From Octopus vulgaris (Eukaryota), in contig OX597818.1 in the NCBI GenBank assembly GCA_951406725.2, positions 36,766,001 to 36,830,000 on the forward strand: DNA of 64,000 nucleotides, in the 5' to 3' direction. Within the stretch, counting starts at the first letter, position 1. Each line of letters begins with the position of its first letter. The notes below the pieces were generated by a model, which was given only the letters and a program-made list of their open reading frames with translations, searched no databases and was not told the DNA's origin. Both the position numbers and the translations under genes were made by a program. Positions 26,613 to 39,665 of the stretch are shown here, piece after piece.

Positions 26613-26648
26613 TGTCCGACGAACGGGAACCTGAAACTCCGAGTAACA
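26613..26648 (+). ncRNA. Degenerate minimal hammerhead-like motif in an island of about 90 bp between (TA)n tracts
   Basis: TGT CCGACGA ACGGGAACCT GAAA CTCCGAG TA ACA; U4 replaced by C. Confidence 0.5.
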
Positions 26649-26700
26649 GGTCTTGTTGAATTTCTGCTACTTTTAAATAAAGTATATATATTTATATATA

Positions 26701-26862
26701 GGCGTAGGAGCGGCTATGTGGTAAGTAGCTTGCTTACCAATCACATGGGTCCGGCTTCAGCCCAACTGCATGGCAACTTGGGCAAGTGTCTTCTACTATA
26801 GCCTCGAGCCGACCAAAGCCTTGTGAGTGGATTTGGTAGACGGAAACTGAAAGAAGCCCATC

Positions 26863-26865
<3 letters not shown>
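26701..26865 (+). mobile_element. SINE family A 5' half
   Basis: Head and body up to the internal (TA)n. Confidence 0.88.
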
Positions 26866-26918
<53 letters not shown>

Positions 26919-27011
26919 GTGTGTGTGTGTGAGCATTACCGTGTGTGTGTCTTTATGTCTATATAGATTGATAGATAGTTATATATGTATATATATATAC
27001 ATATATAACTA

Positions 27012-27046
<35 letters not shown>

Positions 27047-27209
27047 TTATATATACTCGAAGGGATACAGAAAAGTCTAGTTTGAAGGGTATCGTGAAAG
27101 GCCTGGATGGGTGCCCAACCTTCCGGGCTTCTTTATAGGGCTTAGAAAAACACATATGTGTATGTATCTGTGTGTGTGTGTGTTTCTGTGTATGAATGAG
27201 TGTGTGCGC

Positions 27210-27254
<45 letters not shown>

Positions 27255-27302
27255 TAAATAAATGGAGTTTAACGCTGGTGTAATCAAGGTAAAAATACAT
27301 TC

Positions 27303-27337
<35 letters not shown>

Positions 27338-28045
27338 CAACGACCTTGAACCCACAAGAGTAAACAAGAGAGACAGAGACAGGCGGAAACAAGGAAAATG
27401 CCACTTGTATTTGAACACTATACAAATATTCTTTTAAAAAAACTTTTCTTTTAATTTTTCTAAATTTTATTATTTAATTGTTACAGTTGAATAAGATTCA
27501 ATGACTGAAACCGGTACTGAAATGTTTTTTATAAAATTATTTTAGCATTTTTTACCTTGATTTTTTTTCCATATATATATATATATATATATATGTGTGT
27601 ATGTATATATATGTATATAATTATATATAAATATATATATATATATTTACATATATACCTATGTATATATATTCGTATGTATGTAAGTGAATCTAGGTCT
27701 CCGGCAACAAAATAGAAGTGACCATAACTGAGGGCATAATATTTATTTAATGGTAAGGGAACTCTTACAGAATTGCTTTTCTTTTTGCGTCCAAGAAATC
27801 AACGGAGAGTAACCAATATTCAAAGAACATACCAACGGTAGATCTATAGGAGCCATTTCTCGCTTAATACACATGTTCATACATATATATATACACGCGC
27901 ACACGCACGCACTTATCTATGAATATAGCAAGTAAAACATATAGATACACAGATATGTGCGTGTGTGTGTGTGTTTGTACGACTGTCTGTATCTGTCTAT
28001 CAATCTATCTATTTAATTATATATATCCATCAATTTATCTTTCTA

Positions 28046-28225
<180 letters not shown>

Positions 28226-28331
28226 TGCATATATAGATATTCATACACACATATATATTTATATATATATATACATATATACATACATATACAAATATGT
28301 ACATGAATATACATGTATACACATACATGCA

Positions 28332-28369
<38 letters not shown>

Positions 28370-28390
28370 TATACATATATACACACACAC

Positions 28391-28685
28391 AAAAATTATA
28401 ATTGTATTTATAATTTTGACCTCAAAAGGTATTTTTCTTATGCTGGTCACTGATTAAATAAAAAAACGTTATTCTTTTCTTAGTTATATATATATAAATA
28501 AACACATATATACATATATATGTATTTATATAATTATAAGGCTATATATATATATGTGTGTGTATGAATGGATGGATATATAACTAAGAAAAGTATAGCA
28601 TCTTTTTTATATTTAATCAGTGAGCAGCATTTGAAAAATACCTTTTGAGGTGAGAATTATAAATAAAATTACAATTTTATGTGTA
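28391..28685. repeat. Diverged inverted repeat (arms of about 100 bp) around a TA-rich spacer
   Basis: ACCTCAAAAGGTATTTTTC..CACTGATTAAATA..CTTTTCTTAGTTATA versus TATAACTAAGAAAAG..TATTTAATCAGTG..GAAAAATACCTTTTGAGGT. Confidence 0.82.
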
Positions 28686-28838
28686 TATATACATATATAC
28701 CTATATAAAATTAGCTGAAGATTACTCGGCATCTTAAATCTGCTGTAATAGATACAAGTTTTAATAAAATGTTGTAGTATGAAACAATTGTACTAAATTA
28801 CCGGATTCATTCTTGTTGCTTATTTTTTCATTATATAC

Positions 28839-28881
<43 letters not shown>

Positions 28882-28939
28882 TATGCATATATGTATGTAT
28901 ATATGCATATATGTATGTATGTATGTATATGTATATATA

Positions 28940-29812
28940 TAGAGTGCGATGAGTAAATTGTCATTTTTTAATTTTTTTATTTCGTGCATGCGTATTGTTT
29001 GTTTTTGATTTTGTCGAGTACACAGTATGGTAGGATCAGTTGGGCACCAACTGTGAGAAAAGTAGCACCATGACGTAATTCGCTCTGCCAGAAATTTGGA
29101 AATGCCATGCTGTACTGCTTGCCATTCACGCTGGAATCTCCAATAGGAACATTTCTGTGCGTTTGGTTGTCAGTCTCGGGACGGTGCAATCTGGGGACAT
29201 GTACCGAGAGCGATAAAAATCAAACATCCAGTCAACATCATGGTGTTTGGAGCGATCACTAATGCTGGCAACGTCATACCTCAATTCATCTTCCCACACG
29301 GCCTCAGACTCAACATAGAGGCCTACTTCAAGTGCTTGGAAAAAGTAGTGCTGCCTTGGGTCAAGAGGGTGGCTGCTGAAAGACCTTGTGTCTGAAAACA
29401 GGACTCTGCACCATGTCACACAAGCAGGAGAACCCAGGCATGGTTGTCAGTCAATTTCTGCGACCACATCACCCCTAACATCTGGCCACCTAACTACCTA
29501 GAATGCAACCCCTTTGATTATTATGTAGGGGTCGCAGTTGCGTCAGAGAACAACAAAATTCCTTGTAACACCAACGATAAACTGAAACAAGGATTATAGC
29601 AGCATTCACTAACGTAAACAAGGAGACCGTCCAGAAGAGTTGCATGAGATTCCAAAATTGTCTGGAGGCCGTGGTTGAAGCGAATGGCGATTTTATTGAA
29701 TAAATTTACTCTTAAGTATTTCCAGATATTTTTATGTTATTTTGGTAAATATATCAGTTAAAATGAGATGACAGTGTTATTTTTATTCTTGCGTAAGTTA
29801 GACGACAGTTCA
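28940..29812 (+). mobile_element. Internally deleted maT-family (DD37D) Tc1/mariner relic
   Basis: Frame from about 29215 reads KIKHPVNIMVFGAIT..YFKCLEKVVLPWVKRV..QDSAPCHTSRRTQAWL..WPPNYLECNPFD, 37 residues between the two D; N-terminal HTH-like piece 29069-29190; termini degenerate. Confidence 0.85.
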
Positions 29813-30410
29813 TATATATCTATATTTATGTGTGCGCGCGCGCGTGTGTGTATATCTGTGTGTGTGTCTTTTGCGTACCTTTGTCCCCCGTCACTAGCGG
29901 TTCGGCAAAATAGATCGATAGAAAAAGTACTAGGCTTACAAGAATCGGTTCTGGGGTGCGTCAACTAAAACATTTTAAGGCGGTGCTCAAGCATGGCTGC
30001 AGTCGAAATGACTGAAACAAGTGAAAGAATAAAAAAAGTGTATTACAGTGAGAGATAGAGAGAGGGACAGAGAAAGAGTTTCACTTGCTGTGAGAGAGAG
30101 TGGGGAAAGAGAGGAGGAGGGAAAGAAACCCGTCGTATATGTGTGTGCGTGTGCGTGTGTGTGTGTGTGTGAGAGTGTGTGCGTGTGTGCGCGGATTTGT
30201 GTCTGTTTGTCTCCCCCAACACCATCTTTTGACAACCGATGTTAGTGTGTTTATGTCCTCGCAAATTAGTGGATGGGCAAAGGAGACCGATAGCATAAGT
30301 ACCAGGCTTACAAAGACTAAGTCTTGGGGTCGATTTTTTCGACTAAAAGGAGGTGCTCCAGCATGGCTGCAATCAAATGACTGAAGCAAGTAAAAGAATA
30401 AAAGAATGAA
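29813..30410 (+). mobile_element. Two SINE family A 3' halves (29813-30035 and 30121-30410)
   Basis: GCGGTTCGGCAAAA..GACTGAAACAAG segments. Confidence 0.78.
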
Positions 30411-30548
30411 AGAATCGCCAAGAACGATGATGCGTTGTTCTATTGTTGTCTTTGTTTGCACTATCTGCATTGCCTGCTAATTTCGTCTTCCCTTGCAAAA
30501 TATGTGTACCTGAATGAGTGATCATCACTCAGATTACCTCATTTAAAT

Positions 30549-31231
30549 CAATGGTTCCTAAACGTATTCAGGCTACCGACCCCTTGGCACCCGGGTCACA
30601 TTCCTAGTGCTCCCCCTCCACTCTCCACCACAAACGTACACCACTTGCTGCATCAAGTTCAAAACAACTGCACTTCACAAATAAAACATACCCTAATTAG
30701 GCGCAGGAGTAGCTGTGTGGTAAGTAGCTTGCTTACCAACCACATGGTTCCGGTTTCACTCCCAGTGCGTGGCCTCTTGGGCCAGTGTCTTCTACTATAG
30801 CCTCGGGTCGAACAAAGCCTTGTGAGTGGATTTGGTAGACGGAAACGGAAAGAAGCCTGTGTACGTATGTGTGTGTATATGTTTGTGTGTCTGTGTTTGT
30901 CTCCCCAATATCGCTTGACAACCGATGCTGGTGCGTTTACGTCCCCGTAACTTAGCGGTTCGGCAAAACGTACCGATAGAATAAGTACTAGGCTTCCAAA
31001 GAATAAGTTCTGGGGCCGATTTGCTCGTCTAAAGGCGGTGCTCCAGCATGGCCGCAGTCAAATGACTGGCACAAGTAAAAGAGTAAAAGACTAATTAACT
31101 GATTAATTTGGGTTTTTTTACATCCATCACCCACCTTTTGGCCACCCCTCTATCGCTCTACTTTTCTCTAACGACCCCTGTATCTTTCGACAGCCCCAAA
31201 GGTGCAATACCACCCAGTTCGGGAACAAGTG
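30549..31231. mobile_element. hAT-like MITE interrupted by SINE A
   Basis: Degenerate TIRs CAATGGTTCCTAAAC and GTTCGGGAACAAGTG; 8-bp flanks ATTTAAAT and AATTAAAG (6/8 match). Confidence 0.55.
30700..31090 (+). mobile_element. SINE family A, full length, TSD CTAATTA
   Basis: TSD at 30693-30699 and 31091-31097. Confidence 0.92.
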
Positions 31232-31415
31232 AATTAAAGCATCCTATTTCACCTAGATAATCTTGTGTGCGGAATTTTTGCCTTTCCTAATTGCGTATGA
31301 TTAGGAAAAGTATGTGAGCGCACGCACAAGGCCCCTGCTTTGAGGTAACAGTGTATACCACCTCATGTGTTTTAATTCAAGTCTAAAATATTCATAACCC
31401 GGTCGTAAAACGAAG

Positions 31416-31800
31416 GCACTGGCTTGTTTGTGTAGTTAAGTAGCCCGCTTTGCACTCTTGTGGTTTAGGTTCAATCTCACTGCGCTACACCTTTGGCAAA
31501 TGTTTTTTTTTTATTATAGCCACGGACCGGCCGATGTCTTTTGAGCATTGGTCGGTTTGATGAACGGAAAGTATGCGGAGGTCCATCGTAAATGTAAATA
31601 TTTATGTACTTGTGTTTGACACCCACACCACCGCTTTACAACCGGTGCTGGGTTTTTTTTATGTCCCTGTAGCTTACTTGTTCGGCAAGAGACAAACAGA
31701 CTATGCACCGGACTTTAAAATAAAGTCGATTTGTTTGACTAAACACTTTAAAGTGGTGCCCTAGCTTGGTCGCTGTCCAATGACTGAAACAAGTAAAAAT
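31416..31800 (+). mobile_element. Old SINE family A copy
   Basis: Diverged match across head, body and tail. Confidence 0.7.
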
Positions 31801-31830
31801 TTAAAATAAGTGAAACAAAATATAGTATTA

Positions 31831-32242
31831 GTATCTTTTCGGTTTGACCGGCAGTTTTTTAAAATAATTTCCACGTAACTAAACACTTTTAAACTTCGTA
31901 TACTGGTAGAATGTGTTTATAAAACAACTTTTTCTCTTGGCTTTATTGAGAAAATCCTATAGTTTGTAAGATAGTTGTTGTTTTTTTCTTCAATTTCTGC
32001 AATTTCAACCAATCAATGACGTCTATTGAGGTGAAAACATTCTGTGCCGTATGAATATGTCCCTCATTTAAGAAACAGACTGGGTTTATTTACATTTCTG
32101 AATAAAAAAGATATCCTTCCCCCACCCCTAACCCTAACCCTAAAACATTGAAATGCAATAGATCGATACTAGGGTCATAATTATGGGTGACAATTTCATA
32201 TGACACCGCTAGAAAAAACTGCCGTTCAAACCGAAAAGATCC
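31831..32242. mobile_element. MITE with 30-bp TIRs and 8-bp TSD (Merlin-like by its GG terminus)
   Basis: TIR G(G/T)ATCTTTTCGGTTTGA(A/C)CGGCAGTTTTTT; TSD TAGTATTA at 31823-31830 and 32243-32250; internal (CCCTAA)3 at 32126-32143. Confidence 0.85.
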
Positions 32243-32606
32243 TAGTATTATTCCCCATGACTTCTATCAGCTTTCTTCTTTTACCTTTGACAGATACACA
32301 ACTACACTGTTAGACATTTTTTTTCTTTCCATACATCCACTTGGACGTCAAAAACGATCTCCTTTTTTAAGATATATTTATGTTCAGTATATAACAGTTA
32401 TTTCTTTTTGCAACACTTTTATTGACATTTGTTGCAATTATTCGTTCATTTTATTATGTGCCAATCGTGGGGAATTTTTTATTGAAAAATTCCTACTTTC
32501 TAGTCAGTTACACATTTAACAAATGCCAGTTCATATTCGGTGACAAATTTCTGTTATCACCTTCCACATTTTGTTTATCTTTTTTTAGTATCCGAAAATT
32601 TCTTCT

Positions 32607-32770
32607 TAGTTAGTTAGTTAGTTAGTTAGTTAATTTTTTGGCTCAAAAAGCAAAAAAGCAAGGCCATGTAGGGGGACATGGAGTTATGTACAGGGTGGTG
32701 TTCATGTAAAGAGTTCAGGCTTTGAACCGAGCGGTTGTCGGCATCTTCACCATCTCGTCCGGCAGCTTCA
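32607..32770 (-). mobile_element. 3' end of a CR1-type LINE with (TAAC)n tail
   Basis: Minus strand reads KLPDEMVKMPTTARFKA, then a short UTR and (TAAC)n. Confidence 0.65.
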
Positions 32771-32939
32771 TAATGAATGGTTACTAATATATATTTTTTG
32801 AGCTTGCGTTTCTTTATTTGTACCTGGTTAAAATTATTTGTACTATTTGTACCTGGTTAAAATTAAAATTACAGAACAAAATCTTATTAAAGTTTTTATA
32901 AATACTGTTATTCACTATACTGTACTAAACTTATCAATA

Positions 32940-33355
<416 letters not shown>

Positions 33356-33473
33356 AAAAAAGAAAATATTACTATGCATTTGAATTCCTTTATAAAATAT
33401 TCGTAATCCAGCTGTAAAAATATAACCTCGGTGCTTTGAGATATATTTTCTTTCAACATTTAAAGATATCTCC

Positions 33474-33625
33474 TTTTCTAGCTCTATACAGCTCAAGCCG
33501 TTACTTCATTTGATTATCCTCTCTTTGGACAGTCGCACCTTTTACTTTTCTAACTCTACATAGTTCAATCCGTTACTACATTTGATTATCCTGTCTTTCT
33601 TTGGTCTGTCCCACATTTTGCTTTT
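33474..33625. repeat. Diverged tandem duplication, period about 72 bp
   Basis: CCGTTACT(T/A)CATTTGATTATCCT occurs twice. Confidence 0.75.
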
Positions 33626-34052
33626 CATTCATTGTTAATATTTTAAAGAATGTTCTTCGCGTTTTTTTTTTCTTTTCTCACTACTGTCCCTATGAAGAGC
33701 CTGAGACGTTTTGGTATAGCCGTTCTGGCACCTCCGATTCGACGCTGACTTGTTTGACATCAAACGTTTAATGCTTGATGCATTCTTTCCATCTCTCTTT
33801 CCTTCTCCCTCTCCTTCTTTCTCTCTCTCTCTTTCTCTCTCTCTCTCTCCCTCAATGTGTACGCGAGCATCTAGATACGTTTGTATGTATGTGTAATATC
33901 TTTCTCTACCCCCTTTTTCTTTCCAATTTTATCTATTCGTATACTTCTGCGCCCGCAGACGGCCATGTGTTTCAGGCGAGCGAGCGTGTGTATGTGTGTG
34001 TGTGTCTGTGTGTATGTGTGTGTGTGTGTGCGTGTAAGTGCGTGTCTGGCTG

Positions 34053-34115
34053 TCTGTCTATCTGCCAGTCTGTCTATCTGCCAGTCTGTCTATCTGCCAG
34101 TCTGTCTGTCGCCAG
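34053..34115. repeat. 16-bp minisatellite TCTGTCTATCTGCCAG, three copies plus a partial one
   Basis: Direct reading. Confidence 0.9.
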
Positions 34116-34621
34116 TGCAAAAACAGTACCGTCACCGAAACAAGCTGAATGTACCGTCAGACGTGCCAAACTGCCACGCCCAGTCTTCACGTTCCCCCTT
34201 TTAAAAAATATTGTTAAATGTCAGTTAAGAAGTTCGTAAAGCAGATATTGAAGATGAGACTCTCAAATAGGCCCAAAATTAGTAGAAACTCTTTCCAAAC
34301 TATCGTATATATTTTATCATTCCTTCAGTACTCTTCTCTCTCTCTCTCTTCTCCCTCCTTCATTCACATATTAACACACGTTTTCTCTCTCTACTCTTCT
34401 CTCTCCCCACCACTCTTTACTTCACTTTTCTCCTCATACGGCGCAGGTGTGGTTGTGTGGTAAGAAGCTTACTTCCTAATCATATGGTTCCGGGTTCATT
34501 CCCATTGCATGGCAGGCTGGGGAAGTGTCTTCTGCTATAGCGTCGGGGCGACCAAAGCCTTGCGAGTGGATTTGGGAGACGGAAACTGGTAGAAGCCCAT
34601 CGAACACACACACACACACAC

Positions 34622-34652
<31 letters not shown>

Positions 34653-34701
34653 TGTATGTATGTATGTATGTATGTATGTATGAGTATGTATGTATGTGTA
34701 G

Positions 34702-35931
34702 TAATGGAAACACCTTAAATTTTCAAACAAATTTATTTTAATATAGGGTAGGACCGCATTTGGCAGTAATTACAGCGTGAATTCTACGAGGTATGGTCTC
34801 GTACAAAGTTTGAATTGTTTCCAAAGGAATTTTTGTCCATTCTTCTGCAAAAGCAGTCTCCAGTTCTTGTAATGATGATGGTGGAGGAAATCGACTCCTT
34901 ACTTGTTTTTCTAAAATGCACCATAACTGTTCAATAATATTGAGATCTGGGGACTGTGGTGGCCAGGTGAGATATTCAACTTCACAATAAAGTTCCTTTT
35001 GCCATTCAACAACAACTTTAGCTGTGAGAATTGATGCATTATCATCCTGAAAGATTGCGTTTCCCTCTGGAAACAGTTTCACAACCATAGGATGAATTTG
35101 ATAGGATAAAATGCTTAAATAGTCTTGACTTGAAGGGAAGACATTGGGTCGGTGGTTTTCCAAGATATAGCCCCCCCACCACCACCACCACAACCACCGA
35201 TCATCACAGATCCTCCTCCATGTTTACCAGTTGGAAGAAGGCAGTCGGGGTCAAATGCGTCTTTTGGCTGTTTCCACACGTATACTCGGCCGGTGGTCGG
35301 AAATAAGGTAAAGGATGACTTGTCCGAGAAAATAACATTGTTCCACAGCTCTAGGGACCAATTCTGTAGGTTTTTACTCAACTCTAAACGCTTTTCTGAT
35401 TGCAGCCCTCCTGTGAAATCCAGCTTTGTGCATCTCCTGGCGAACAGTTTTTTGTGGAAACTAGGTTCTAGAGGTGGTCATTAATCTCTGCAGTAATTTT
35501 GGGAGCTGTTCTTTTGTGATCCTTTCTCTAACAATTCGAGTAAGAGTCCGACAGTCCCTATCAGAAAGTTTTGGTTTTCTTCCGGGGTTTTGTTTCGACG
35601 AGGAGGTTTTTCCTTCTTTCTCAAAGGCTGTCATTACTTTCGAGACAGTACTTCTTGATACAACAAACATTTCGGCCGTCTTCATTATGCTAGCGCCTGC
35701 CATACGTGCACCAACAATTTAACCTCTTTGAAAGTCCGACAGATCTGTCATTTTAATGAATTTTAATTACCTTTTTCTGATGATATCTGAAAAGAATCAG
35801 CAAAACATATTAAGCAACACTAATAATAAATCAAAAAACATAAAAATATACAAGCTTTTGACGGTTTTATAGATATTTTAAAATTATGATGCTATGATGC
35901 TAGGTGTTTCCATTATTTTATCCAACCCCTG
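34702..35931 (-). mobile_element. Tc1-like transposon, DD36E, short TIR
   Basis: TIR CAGGGGTTGGATAAAATAATGGAAACACCT ending at 35931 followed by TA; the other TIR is truncated to TAATGGAAACACCT at 34702-34715. Confidence 0.9.
34738..35751 (-). pseudogene. DD36E transposase pseudogene
   Basis: MTDLSDFQRG*IVGARMAGAS.., GRKPKL, FSDKS, FQDDNA then 36 residues to SPDLNIIE; stops and frameshifts. Confidence 0.9.
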
Positions 35932-36429
35932 TATATATATGTGTGCGTGTGTGTGTTTGTTTGTTCCCAGTACCCCTTGTGTCAGTGTTTGCCCAGGACC
36001 ACCAACTGACAACCAGTGTTAGTATGTTTATGTCCCCATAACTTAGCGGTTCGGTAAAAAAAAGACCTATAGAATAAGTACCAGGGTTACCAAAAAAATT
36101 AATTACTGGGGTCGATTCTTTCGACTAAAAATTCTTTGAGGTGGTGCACCAGCATGACCGCAGTCTAATGACTGAAACAAATAAAATAGTAAAATTCTTT
36201 GTTCGCACCCATATCTCCGAATCAGTCTTTAAGAGTATCTTCGCTAACTAGAGATATGAAAATGTAGAGAAAATTTATTTTATTCGTTAAAGCAAAATTA
36301 GATAAAAATTGTAACTTTATAAAAAAAAAGACTCAATTTGACAAATTTCGTAGGGATTTGATGAATCCAGGTGCAAGCATGGAATAGTTACCAATGTTGA
36401 AATAAAACGATGGATGCATTCAATATTAA

Positions 36430-37455
36430 TTATTTCAAATCTTGGTACAAAACCAACAAATTAAGGGTAGAGGGAAGTCGAAAATATATATACCTGTTGA
36501 ATATTGGTATTTTATTTTATCGGCCCCGAAAGAATGAATGGCAAAGATCGACCTCGGCGGAATTTGAATTCAGATCGTAAAGAAATAAAAGAAGTGACGG
36601 AAAGTATTTCGTCCGATGTGCTAACGATTCCGCCAGCGTTGTCTTCAGATACATTTAATAAAATAATCCTTTCTGGTATAGGAACAAAGCCTGAAATTTT
36701 TGTAGAGGAGCAAGTAGATTACATGAACCCTAGTACATGACTGGTACTTATTTCATCGGCCCAGAAAGAAGGAAAGGCTAAGTTGACCTTGGTCGATTGT
36801 GAACTCGGAAAGCAAAGTCGGACGAAACGCTACTAAGCATTTCGTCTGGCATGCTAATAATTCTTTCTACTTTAGGCACAAGGTGTTGAAATTTTTGGTG
36901 GGGAACGGGCTAGTCGATTAGATCGACCCCAGTGCGAAACTGGTACTTATTTCATTGACTCCGAAGGGCAAACTCGACCTCAGCGGAATTTGAACTCAGA
37001 ACGTAACGGCAGACGAAATACCTATTTCTTTACTACCCACAAGGGGCTAAACACAGAAGGGACAAACAAGGACAGACAAACGGATTAAGTCGATTACATC
37101 GACCCCAATGCGTAACTGGTACTTCATTTATCAATCCCGAAAGGATGAAAGGCAAAGTCGACCTCGGCGGAATTTGAACTCAGAACGTAGCGGCAGACGA
37201 AATACGGCTACGCCTTTCGCCCGGTGGGGTAACGATTCCGCCAGCTCACCGCCTTATAATAATAATTTTCAAAGTTTGGCACATGGTCAACAAATTTGGA
37301 TGGGAGAGAAGTCAATTACTACTTATATTATCGACCCTGGAAGAATGAAAGGCAAAGTTGACCACGGTGGAATTTGAACTCAGAACGTAAAGACAGACGA
37401 AATGCTGCTACGCATTTTGTCCGGTGTGCCGACGCATCTTCCATCTCACTGCTTT
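36430..37455 (-). mobile_element. Cluster of co-oriented SINE-B copies including a dimer at 36862-37255
   Basis: Five B bodies; dimer junction near 37020. Confidence 0.82.
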
Positions 37456-37825
37456 ATATCTAATTATAATAACAGTTAATGCAATTACAGAGGGGAGTTC
37501 CTCTAAGATCAAAAAACATCAGTAGAATCTATGTAGATAGACAAATACACAAAGCCAACATCGAGCAATGGCATTTGAAAACGATATCTTCAGCTTAAAT
37601 TTTATTATTTTGGCTAATTGTATTTCCAAAGTATTATACATAAAATTATTGGGAATTTTAATTGTAGTGAGGCTGTATGATTAGTATTTATTTATCTTTC
37701 ATTTTCCTTTTGAAAATAACTGTGGAGGCATCGTGCGACTTGCAATCAGGGCACTGCAAAATTTTATTCCACAAGCTCTGCGGAATCTATCTGTATCACA
37801 AATAAGTTTAGTAACTTCACGTTCT

Positions 37826-37868
37826 CTTCTTCTTCTTCTTCTTCTTATTATTATTATTATTATTATTA

Positions 37869-37900
<32 letters not shown>

Positions 37901-37960
37901 TCTTCTTCTTCTTCCTTCTTCCTTCCTTCCTTGCTTCCTTCTTTCTTTCTCTCTTTCTCC
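37826..37960. repeat. (TTC)n/(TTA)n compound microsatellite
   Basis: Direct reading. Confidence 0.95.
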
Positions 37961-38001
37961 CTCTCAATATACATAGATTCCTATGTATGCATACATATGT
38001 G

Positions 38002-38043
<42 letters not shown>

Positions 38044-38206
38044 ACGGAGATGTACTTGCATAGCGAGTGTCTTGATCTGAGATCATGTGCTGGAACGAAA
38101 ACAAAGCGAGGAAAATATTTTGACAAATTAAATTCAAATGTTGAAGTGAATCTAACGGGTTTTGTGTGTTTCTTAAATGGCTTATAAACACCTTCCACGC
38201 TGCAAT

Positions 38207-38256
<50 letters not shown>

Positions 38257-38317
38257 CTATCAAGCTATCACTCTCTCCCTTTTACTCACGCACTCTCTTT
38301 CTTAAGATATATATAAG

Positions 38318-38367
<50 letters not shown>

Positions 38368-38599
38368 TGTAAGTAGGTAGATAGGTAGGTAGGTAGGTAG
38401 GTAGGTAGGTAGAAGAATGGGTGAATTTCCATGAATATACAGGTAGGTACATAGCTACCGACATATTTTTCTGTTCATATGTCTATGTGTGGGTATTCTC
38501 TGCAAGTATATATTTATATACATATGTGTGTGTGTGTGTATTGTGTGTGTGTTGTGTGTGTGTGTGTGTATGTGTTTGGCGTATGTGTGTATGCGTTTC

Positions 38600-38845
38600 T
38601 TTTTTCTTTTATTCTTTTATTTGATTCAGTCATTTGACTGTGGCCATGCTAGAGCAGCACCTTAAAGGGTATTTTACTCGAATAAATCGATCCCAAAACT
38701 TATTCTTTGTAAGCCTAGTACTTATTCTATCGGTCTCTTTTGCCGCGGACCGCTAAGTTACGGGGACGTAAACACAGCAACAGCATCGGTTTTCAAGCGA
38801 TGGTGGCGGGGAAAAACATAAACACAAAGACACACACACACATAA
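38600..38845 (-). mobile_element. SINE family A 3' half
   Basis: Homology to other A copies. Confidence 0.8.
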
Positions 38846-39384
38846 ATGTATACATATATATATATGAGAGTGTATCTGACACTAATTAATTTATCACCAC
38901 CAACAAGAACTTAACTGTCAATTCCCAATGAATTTCAATCTAAGGGCTTGTAGATAGCATGCTGCATTAAGTCTTTTGAATGTGATAAAAATAAATAAAA
39001 ATGTAGCTATTCACCTTTCCTCTTTCTTCACCCCCCATTTTTTCCTCTGTTACTCTAAATTACAGTAGGCTTTAGATATACATTTTTTTTCCACTAAATT
39101 CATTCTGCCACAAAAATAGCAAAAGGAAACGATGTAATTATTTCAGTATCTTGTACTGATGAAAATTTGCTAAAAAATAATCGTTTACCTTTTATGTTGG
39201 AAAGTGATAAGGTCGTCTGCGTCCGAGGAGAGCAGTTTATCTCAAACTGATGTAATGTTTTCATCGATCGATCAAATAGAGCCGCTTGAAACGGCCTGCT
39301 TTCTATTCACCTAACGTCAAGCTGCGTGGACTATACCGAACTGGCTTGCTGCCTCAATTTAAGCACTTAATTCACTTGAATCCT

Positions 39385-39444
<60 letters not shown>

Positions 39445-39447
<3 letters not shown>

Positions 39448-39665
39448 TAAAAATGTTAAGACAACAAAAGAATGAAAGAGACCTCGATATTATGTAAATA
39501 GAGGAATTTACCTGTAAATGTAATATGTGACAATTATTCGGTAGCCATGATAAAACTACGAGTTTCGGATGCCGAGGTGGAAATCCACGCCGCCATCTCT
39601 TCAGTTATCCGGCCATTGGAAAAATGATATGAAAAATTACCGTTATGCAAAGGGAAATTACTGTG
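39445..39665 (-). mobile_element. Solo PLE 3' terminus homologous to 49900-50115
   Basis: Reverse complement aligns with the region downstream of the PLE GIY-YIG ORF; abuts (TA)n. Confidence 0.82.
39542..39615 (-). ncRNA. Type-I hammerhead ribozyme motif
   Basis: TGGCCGGATAA CTGAAGA GATG..GTGGATTTCCAC..CATC C GAAA CTCGTAG TT TTATCATGGCTA. Confidence 0.65.

Larger units (their letters stand above)
34441..36190 (+). mobile_element. SINE family A split by a Tc1 element (34441-34700 and 35932-36190)
   Basis: Head before and 3' half after the transposon. Confidence 0.82.

Noticed and set aside
32126-32143. Telomere or chromosome-fusion relic
   Set aside because: Only three units and they lie inside a MITE
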